A stretch of 64,000 nt of DNA from a bacterium. GTDB lineage: Bacteria > Electryoneota > Electryoneia > Electryoneales > Electryoneaceae. Within the stretch, counting starts at the first letter, position 1. Each line of letters begins with the position of its first letter. Below are positions 7,309 through 13,916 of this stretch, piece after piece. Position numbers and translations under genes: made by a program. A model generated the notes under the pieces. The model saw only the letters and a program-made list of their open reading frames with translations. It did no database searches and was not told the origin of the DNA. The stretch covers positions 1,271,240 to 1,335,239 of the forward strand of contig OY769902.1 of the NCBI GenBank assembly GCA_963669175.1. The letters run 5' to 3'.

Positions 7309-7821
7309 CTACTGTTTGTTGCCTGTTTTGGCGCTTGACGGTAAACGTCCCTGCTTTACCAACAAGTCAAGCACCAGCCGCTTCAAGTCTTCTGTACAAG
7401 ACGCTGCCATACGATAAATTTCACACGTTCGGCATTTGTTCTGTCCACACCCGCCACGTTCGCTGTTAATCACCCAGCAGGGATCATTAACTCCCTGACG
7501 TACCGGGCATTGTCCCCATTCCTCTTCCGTGCATCCGGTCAATTCCCAGCAGGGAAGCAACGCCCACAAGCGGCGAATCCCTTCCAGGTTCAGGCCCTTT
7601 TTTTTGATCAGGTGCTGGATCAGACGGATACGTGTGATATCTTCTTTGGACAGCAACCGATAGCCGCTTTCGGTCCGGAAATAGACAATCAGCCCGGCAG
7701 CTTCATACTTGCGTAACGCCGACATGGACAGCCCGGTCAGCTCAGCCGCCTGTCCGATCGTATACACCGGTTCCAGCGGGTCTGCATTGTTTGTTCCGGG
7801 GTATAAGCAAGTAGATGCCAC
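7309..7821 (-). CDS. MerR-family transcriptional regulator with Cys-rich C-terminal domain
   Basis: 170-aa ORF with the HTH YTIGQAAELTGLSMSALRKYEAAGLI..SGYRL. The last ~60 aa hold 8 Cys, including two P-C-W motifs. Confidence 0.85.
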   Translation of the reverse strand: MASTCLYPGTNNADPLEPVYTIGQAAELTGLSMSALRKYEAAGLIVYFRTESGYRLLSKEDITRIRLIQHLIKKKGLNLEGIRRLWALLPCWELTGCTEEEWGQCPVRQGVNDPCWVINSERGGCGQNKCRTCEIYRMAASCTEDLKRLVLDLLVKQGRLPSSAKTGNKQ

Positions 7822-7906
7822 TGTCGTCCTTTGCCAATTGTATATTTCTTCACAAACAAGTATAGAATTGTCTGCCGATACTCCTTTGGATCATGCCTCT
7901 GTTGCA

Positions 7907-7935
7907 AAGGTATAAAGTCTACACTTTGAAGTCAA
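7907..7935 (-). promoter_or_regulatory. Candidate sigma-70-like promoter of the MerR operon
   Basis: The minus strand reads TTGACT-17 nt-TACCTT, with an AAAGT-N4-ACTTT dyad in the spacer, about 85 nt upstream of the MerR start. The -10 is weak and the promoter consensus of this lineage is unknown. Confidence 0.25.
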
Positions 7936-8065
7936 GGGTTTGGATTTTCTATCTAGTTGATAAATATATAGATAGGAAAACCTAACATCAAGTCTAGCTT
8001 ATTGTGATTTCTGGATATAGTAGTCTAGAATTAAGGCTTGGACTCCGGGAGTACACTACTCGCCT

Positions 8066-8566
8066 GACAGGATAATAGGGTACAAGGATGCTGATGAAGA
8101 ATTTACAGGACGAAAAGGATGCTAAGGATTATAAGGATGGCTGCTCATAAGAATTTGTGCATATTATCGACGAGCACGTTTCGTCAGGTCTTGACGTGAT
8201 GCCTTTTTCTTGTTCTTCTCCGCAATTTCAGACACCTGTCCGACTTCACCGCTGCTATTTCGCATGATAGATCGTCGTCAGGCATCACGTTGTGACCTGA
8301 CGACAGCGAGAGTGCTGATACCGGTGGCAGGTCACAACGCGACAATAACAGGACGAGAGGTGGTTTCAGTATCATGTGCATTCAGAAATACATTGCGAAA
8401 GCCGAAAACGGAATGTCGCGTCAAGACCTGCCACAACTCTGCCCGGATGCACAAATTCGTGTGAGGAACCAGTTTTTTATCCTTGATATCCTTGTTATCC
8501 TTTGCATCCTGTACATGGAACCAAGAAGCTCCCCTTGCCATCCTTCTATCCTATCATCCTGTGAGT
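8066..8566. repeat. Family D element D2 (double arms) with family A copy nested in its centre
   Basis: Forward AGGAT arrays lie at 8066-8098 and 8100-8138. The reverse arrays lie at 8474-8515 and 8533-8566. A2 occupies 8139-8470. Confidence 0.8.
8139..8470 (-). mobile_element. Family A element, copy A2 (full length)
   Basis: TIRs are GGCTGCTCATAAGAATTTGTGCAT (8139-8162) and ATGCACAAATTCGTGTGAGGAACC (8447-8470). All internal boxes are intact. No target duplication is seen. Confidence 0.9.
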
Positions 8567-8636
8567 AAGTCCTCTATGTTGGACGGGAGATTCTTGATGC
8601 GTTGCCCTGTATGAACCTTAGGGGTTACTTTCTGTC

Positions 8637-9560
8637 ATGGAACAACGAACCACACATCCGCCAGTCATTATTCTCGTTGGGCCGACAGCTTCCGGGAAAA
8701 CATCGGTCGCGGTGGACTGGGCGCTACGGAATAATGCGGAAGTGGTCAATGCTGATTCCCGCCAGGTCTATCGTTATCTCGATATCGGCGCCGCCAAGCC
8801 GACCGCCGAGGAAAGGCGTGGTGTGGTGCATCACGGTTTCGACGTGGCCGATCCGGCGGAAGTCTATTCTGCGGGACGTTTCGCTACCGAAGCCCGTTCA
8901 TGGATCAGGGATATCCAGATGTGTGGGAAGAGGGTAATCGTAGCTGGGGGAAGCGGACTGTACTTGCAGGCGCTGGTGGATGGTTTTTTCGAGGGCGAGG
9001 ACGGCAAAGACCCGGAAGTGCGGGCACGATTGGAGCGACGGCTGGAGCGTGAGGGATTGTACGCGCTATGGGAGGAACTGCAACAGGTTGATCCGAAATA
9101 CGGTTCCAAAACACTCCCGGCCGACCGTCAGCGAATCCTTCGTGCCCTGGAAGTGTTCTACGTAACCGGGGAACCGTTTTCCCACCTGCATCAGCAGGAT
9201 CGTGATCCTGCGTCCTTTGATGTTGCCTGGTATGCGTTGGACTGGCCTCGAGAGTTGTTGTATGCACGTATCAACCAGCGGGTTGACATGATGCTGGACC
9301 GTGGCCTGATCGCTGAGGTTCGTAGCCTGCTGGACCGGGGCTATCGTGACGTCAACGCGATGAAAAGTGTCGGCTACGAGGAAGTTGTTGCCTATTTCGA
9401 TAATCGCTTGCCTGACCTGAAAGCGGTCAAGGAGGAGATTCGAAAGAATACCCGTCATTACGCCAAACGTCAGCTTACCTGGTTTCGTCGTAACCAGCGT
9501 ATCCACTGGCTTTCCGCTGAAGGTCAGACTGTGGAATCGTTGGTTTCGCAGATCAGTTAA
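8637..9560 (+). CDS. miaA: tRNA dimethylallyltransferase
   Basis: 307-aa ORF with the P-loop GPTASGKT and the ADSRQVYR and DIGAAKP motifs. Confidence 0.95.
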   Translation: MEQRTTHPPVIILVGPTASGKTSVAVDWALRNNAEVVNADSRQVYRYLDIGAAKPTAEERRGVVHHGFDVADPAEVYSAGRFATEARSWIRDIQMCGKRVIVAGGSGLYLQALVDGFFEGEDGKDPEVRARLERRLEREGLYALWEELQQVDPKYGSKTLPADRQRILRALEVFYVTGEPFSHLHQQDRDPASFDVAWYALDWPRELLYARINQRVDMMLDRGLIAEVRSLLDRGYRDVNAMKSVGYEEVVAYFDNRLPDLKAVKEEIRKNTRHYAKRQLTWFRRNQRIHWLSAEGQTVESLVSQIS

Positions 9561-9671
9561 AGCATCTGCCTTCATTGTCTCCATGTAGTGTCTCTTGTCT
9601 TGAAGAACCCGGTTGCTTTCTATTTCGTGAGATGTTAGGTTTGCCTTCAACTTTCAAAATACGGGAAAGCA

Positions 9672-10001
9672 GTGCATAACCGGAACCTGCGTATCGTTCT
9701 GACGTTGTTGTTGCTGGCGGTATATGCGCCACTGATGGCAACGCTTGACCTGCACCACAACCACAGTCATGATATGGGCTGTTGCCGGGTGCAAGGGGAT
9801 GCGTACGGGCCGGAGATTACTGAAGCTCAACACGCACACAATCCCTGTCCGGTATTATTGCTCACGCAGTCCCATGCCCCGCTGGTTACGCTGGACCTGA
9901 TTCCGGATATCACCACGGCATATCTGCACCCCGAGCAACCTGTCTCTATTCTTTCACGTTTCCAGCCGGAAGCCTCCCAACGTGGTCCCCCTCTCTCCTG
10001 A
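9672..10001 (+). CDS. Small secreted His/Cys-rich hypothetical protein
   Basis: 109-aa ORF with a GTG start, a signal-like N-terminus and an HHNHSHDMGCC cluster. It sits upstream of the TonB-receptor cluster. No family recognised. Confidence 0.4.
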   Translation: MHNRNLRIVLTLLLLAVYAPLMATLDLHHNHSHDMGCCRVQGDAYGPEITEAQHAHNPCPVLLLTQSHAPLVTLDLIPDITTAYLHPEQPVSILSRFQPEASQRGPPLS

Positions 10002-10013
10002 AGCTCGCAGCAG

Positions 10014-10155
10014 AATTCACAGGATTCTCAAGAAGAATTCACAGGATGAACAGGATTTGAAGGATATCACAGGATAAAAAACGTGTTAAAGGAAAACACG
10101 TAAAAACCATTCTGTTTATCCTTGGCGTCCTTTTTTATCCTTCCCATCCTGTACA
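10014..10155. repeat. Family D element D3
   Basis: The forward arm (10014-10078) has GAATTCACAGGAT twice plus phased AGGAT. The central hairpin is ACGTGTT-AAAGGAA-AACACGT. The reverse arm is 10111-10155. Confidence 0.8.
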
Positions 10156-10172
10156 TGCTTGTTGAGGTAAAC

Positions 10173-10202
10173 GTAGCCCGGCCATGCCTGGCCGGGGTAT
10201 CT
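10173..10202 (+). repeat. Family I hairpin
   Basis: GTAGCCCGGCCATGCCTGGCCGGGGTATCT. The paralogue is at 16611-16639. Confidence 0.7.
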
Positions 10203-10221
10203 CTGAGAAGGAGAAAGATCG

Positions 10222-11055
10222 ATGTTTTCATATATGCGTTGGGTAGTTATTTTGTTTTCAGGCTTGACTTTGTTATGGACCATAACCGGTTGCAGTGATG
10301 ACGACAATCCGGTAGACAGCGAGAATGAATCCGAACATTTTCACGCTGTCGGTTCCAAACTGGTGTTGGATGGCGAAGATGTGATTGTTGCCACCACTTC
10401 GGACTCCGCCGATGTGACCGGCCTGATCGAACTGCATGAAGGCGAAGAAGTCGAGCTGGAAGCCTGGTTCCTGAATGACGAGGGTGAGTGGTTCTATCCG
10501 GCGGATGATGCTGACGCCCATGCCGATCACGAGCTGGAAGTTGTTATCGGTAACGGCGATATGATTGAGGGTGATGTACACGGTTGGGAAGTCCACCTGA
10601 CCGGCGCCGGAGAAGGAGCTTCCTGGGTTCGTTTACGTGTCAAACATATTGACCATTATGGATACCTATCCCCTCATTTGCGCACCAGTATTCAACATGA
10701 GGAAGGTTATCATGGCGCTCCGGTAGGGATGTTCCTCGTAGCGGGTACGGACACCCTGGTCCATATCAACTCCAGCAATGAGGTCACCGGTTCGATCGAT
10801 GTGGGCGCCGGTTCATCCACCGATGCCATCACGTTGTTCCTGTTTGACGAAAATGATGTGGTTTTTCAGCCGGGCGATGATCACTCGCTGGGGCTGGTGA
10901 TTGACGATGAAGGAATCGCCACATCGACCGCACAAGATACCTGGGTATTTGTGATTAACGGGTTGGCAGCCGGGGAGACCTCTGCGGAATTTTCGATACT
11001 TCACGGCGATCATTCCCATTATGATTCGCCTGCAGTTTCCATTGTTGTCCAATAA
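10222..11055 (+). CDS. Lipoprotein with two tandem His-motif domains
   Basis: 277-aa ORF with the lipobox LWTITG-C. Two ~110-aa internal repeats each end in H-x-D-H-x-x-Y-x-SP (KHIDHYGYLSP, HGDHSHYDSP). Confidence 0.7.
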   Translation: MFSYMRWVVILFSGLTLLWTITGCSDDDNPVDSENESEHFHAVGSKLVLDGEDVIVATTSDSADVTGLIELHEGEEVELEAWFLNDEGEWFYPADDADAHADHELEVVIGNGDMIEGDVHGWEVHLTGAGEGASWVRLRVKHIDHYGYLSPHLRTSIQHEEGYHGAPVGMFLVAGTDTLVHINSSNEVTGSIDVGAGSSTDAITLFLFDENDVVFQPGDDHSLGLVIDDEGIATSTAQDTWVFVINGLAAGETSAEFSILHGDHSHYDSPAVSIVVQ

Positions 11056-11067
11056 CAGGGTTTTTCG

Positions 11068-13314
11068 ATGAAACTGAAAAACCTTGTTCTGTTGCTGTTC
11101 CTGCCATTCGCCCTGCTGTTCCCGGAGAACAGCAGGGCGAATGGGGCAGCTAATGGCTCCCTGTTCGGACGTGTGCAGGATGCAAACACACAGCAGCCGG
11201 TCGGTTGGGCGCATCTTCACCTGCTTGAACTGGAAGCAGGGGTAGTAGCGCATGCGGACGGCGCCTTCCACTTTCTGTCCGTTCCGGAAGGTGACTACAC
11301 ACTACGAGTAACCCATCTGGGCTATCGAGATCTTCTGCAGAAGGTTCGAATCGCGGCCTCAGATACGCTGTGCCTGCTGGTTGATCTTAGTCCTCATGCG
11401 CTGGACCTGGAAGAAGTGGATGTCGTGGTGGAACATCACGAGTCCGATGGTTCTGTTCATCACGATCCCCTGTTGTCGATGCGGGGCGGCGCTCTCCAGC
11501 GCAACCTGGGCACTACCATCGCTGAAACTGTCAATGAGGAACCGGGCATTGCACAACGCAGTATGGGCCCGGCGCCTTCACGTCCGGTGTTGCGTGGCCT
11601 CGGCGGGGATCGCCTGCTGATGGTGGAGGACGGGCAACGTACCGGTGATCTGTCCGCCACTTCCGCCGATCATGCGGTGGCGATAGAACCGCTCACAGCC
11701 GAACGTATCGAGCTGATTCGTGGACCGGAAACATTGCTCTACGGTCCGGGCATTCTGGGTGGAGTGATTAACGTAGAACGCAACGCCATCCAGCGTCTCA
11801 AGCTGCATCGTATACAGGGATCGGCTACGTTACAGGCGGAGTCTGTGAACGAAGGATTCGGCGGAGGCGCAGAATTATCCGCCCCGGTTGGTCCTTTTGC
11901 GATACGGCTGGATGGCAGCCTTCGTGATGCAAAGGACATCAACACACCGGATGGTCGCTTGGGTAACACCGGCATCGCCACCGGAAACGGGTCAGTTGGA
12001 ATCAGTCTTCCGGTTAGTTGGGGTGTTCTTGGTGTGTCGGGGACTATATACGATACTGAATATGGTATTCCCGGCGGCTTTGTCGGCGCTCACCCCAACG
12101 GTGTCGATATCGAGATGGATCGTCGAAATTACGCCGCGCTGGCTCAGTTCAACCTGGGAAATGACGTGTTCAGGCGATGGGAAACTGAGTACAGTCATGC
12201 ACGCTATTATCATGCGGAATTTGAATCAAACGGCGCTCTGGGGATCGAGTTTGGAGTGGTGACGGATCATCTTACCTCGAAACTTCATCTCGGACCGCAT
12301 CTGTTCTTCGATGATGGAGTTTTTGGTGTATGGGGCGAGTATCGTGATTATGCTACCGGCGGCTATACCTTCACCCCGGCAACCTCGGAGCAACAAGCTG
12401 CGGTTTTTCTTTACGAACAGAAACGGATTGGCGATACGCATGTTCAGGCGGCAATCCGTTACGACTGGCGTGATATTGACCCCGACCGTGAGATTTACAG
12501 CGTTACCATTGATACCATCCAACAACGTGAATTCTCCGGGTTCAGCGCATCGTTGGGGGTGGAAAGACCGTTTGCGGACGGTATGACTATTGGCGCCACG
12601 GCGATGCGCAGCTTTCGTGCGCCGGGGGTTGAAGAATTGTTCAGCCGTGGCCCGCATCTGGCCGCCTATTCCTATGAAATCGGAAACCCGAACCTGCAGG
12701 CCGAAACCGGGACTGGAGGTGAAGTTTTTGTCAAACTGCGGAAGCGTGGTTGGACAGGACGTCTGGCTGCATTCATCAATGCCTTCGATAACTACATCTT
12801 TCCCGCGTTTACCGGGCAACGCAGCCTGTCTCGCTCTGACCTGTATGAATACCGCTACGACGGCGCTGACGCCCTGATGACCGGGGTGGAGGGAAACCTG
12901 GAATGGCAGCCGTGGGAAATGTGGACCTTTCATTCGTCGTTGAGTTATGTCCGTGGCGCCCTGACTGAACGTGATGTCCCCATGCCTCAAATGCCGCCAC
13001 TTTCCGGACGGTTCGGTGTGGACTGGAAGTGGGACGCTTGGACTGTGGGAGCGCTTATTCAGGGAGCGTCCGCGCAAGAGAGGTTGTATGTGGCGGATGA
13101 TCCGGATGCCCGTGAAGAAGATCCCACCGCCGCCTGGGCACGACTGGATCTGCACCTGCAATACACCCATCCCTGGCAGGGGTTGCTGCATACCATGTCA
13201 GTTGGGATCCTCAATGTTACCGATGCCTCGTACAGGAATCACCTTTCTCGGGTGCGTAGTGTGATGCCTGAACCGGGACGGAATATCAAGCTGGGGTATA
13301 AGATGTATTGGTGA
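11068..13314 (+). CDS. TonB-dependent receptor with N-terminal carboxypeptidase-regulatory-like domain
   Basis: 748-aa ORF with a signal peptide, the GRVQDANTQQPVGWAHL..GDYTLRVTHLGY segment and a plug region (IELIRGPETLLYG). The barrel ends in ..KLGYKMYW. Confidence 0.9.
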   Translation: MKLKNLVLLLFLPFALLFPENSRANGAANGSLFGRVQDANTQQPVGWAHLHLLELEAGVVAHADGAFHFLSVPEGDYTLRVTHLGYRDLLQKVRIAASDTLCLLVDLSPHALDLEEVDVVVEHHESDGSVHHDPLLSMRGGALQRNLGTTIAETVNEEPGIAQRSMGPAPSRPVLRGLGGDRLLMVEDGQRTGDLSATSADHAVAIEPLTAERIELIRGPETLLYGPGILGGVINVERNAIQRLKLHRIQGSATLQAESVNEGFGGGAELSAPVGPFAIRLDGSLRDAKDINTPDGRLGNTGIATGNGSVGISLPVSWGVLGVSGTIYDTEYGIPGGFVGAHPNGVDIEMDRRNYAALAQFNLGNDVFRRWETEYSHARYYHAEFESNGALGIEFGVVTDHLTSKLHLGPHLFFDDGVFGVWGEYRDYATGGYTFTPATSEQQAAVFLYEQKRIGDTHVQAAIRYDWRDIDPDREIYSVTIDTIQQREFSGFSASLGVERPFADGMTIGATAMRSFRAPGVEELFSRGPHLAAYSYEIGNPNLQAETGTGGEVFVKLRKRGWTGRLAAFINAFDNYIFPAFTGQRSLSRSDLYEYRYDGADALMTGVEGNLEWQPWEMWTFHSSLSYVRGALTERDVPMPQMPPLSGRFGVDWKWDAWTVGALIQGASAQERLYVADDPDAREEDPTAAWARLDLHLQYTHPWQGLLHTMSVGILNVTDASYRNHLSRVRSVMPEPGRNIKLGYKMYW

Positions 13315-13348
13315 AGTGAAAAAAGTGGGCAGTGAAAAAGGTAAAGAA
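13315..13348 (+). repeat. Family G purine-rich box
   Basis: AGTGAAAAAAGTGGGCAGTGAAAAAGGTAAAGAA starts at the base after the TGA stop of the receptor gene. Confidence 0.8.
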
Positions 13349-13365
13349 CGAGCCGGGATTCTGTT

Positions 13366-13558
13366 GAATTTACAGGATATGCAGGATACTAAGGATGAAA
13401 AGGATCAAAACCGTACGGCCGTATGAGTCAAATAAACTGGAACTCTGTAAAGAGCGAAATCCGGGACCAACCACAGAAAGCATGTCTTTTTTTTTCGTTT
13501 ATCACTAAAAATGGTTTCATCCTGTTTATCCTTACCATCCTTTGCATCCTGTAAATAC
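13366..13558. repeat. Family D element D4 (uninterrupted reference copy)
   Basis: The forward arm is GAATTTACAGGATATGCAGGATACTAAGGATGAAAAGGAT (13366-13410). The reverse arm is 13515-13558. The ~100-nt centre is homologous to the D5 centre. Confidence 0.85.
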
Positions 13559-13634
13559 TGTCGTATCCCTTAAATACTGTTCTTTTCTTTGCGCCTTTGC
13601 GTCTTTGCGTGAAACCAGATTTAGTGCGACGATA

Positions 13635-13667
13635 GCGAGATCCCCGGTCGGAGCCGGGGATGACATC
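13635..13667 (+). repeat. Family H hairpin
   Basis: GCGAGATCCCCGGTCGGAGCCGGGGATGACATC. Confidence 0.8.
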
Positions 13668-13916
13668 CGAACTTCATAACATCCCCACACTGTCCATCTC
13701 CGGGAGTACGTCAAAAAGTTAATCCGTGTTACAAAATCCCGGTTTCGTACGTTACTTGTGAAATATGGTATTTATTTACCTGTAGGTATAGTATTCTTGC
13801 AGAGCTAACTTCTGTATTGAACCGCTGTTTGTAATGACCTAAATTACTTATTCACACGAGAACGGCATCCGGTTGACTTGTTCATCAGCCCTTGGGGGAG
13901 GGCACAGCGGCAAAGG

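Noticed and set aside
8184-8381. Conserved small protein (..MILKPPL..SRCDLPPVS..SGHNVMPDDDLSCEIAG..) apparently encoded in every family A copy (also in track ORFs 679-1089, 25982-26410 and 41299-41724).
   Set aside because: The apparent conservation follows from ~90% nucleotide identity of young copies. A1 has an earlier stop and there is no consistent start or SD. The diverged copy A5 keeps the nucleotide boxes but not the frame or the peptide.
12226-13191. Long antisense ORFs inside well-supported genes. Examples are 12226-13191, 4524-5618, 13848-14474, 21123-21782, 53936-54631, 61200-61994 and 62058-62672.
   Set aside because: These are shadow ORFs opposite genes with clear family motifs. 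They have no motifs or translation signals of their own.
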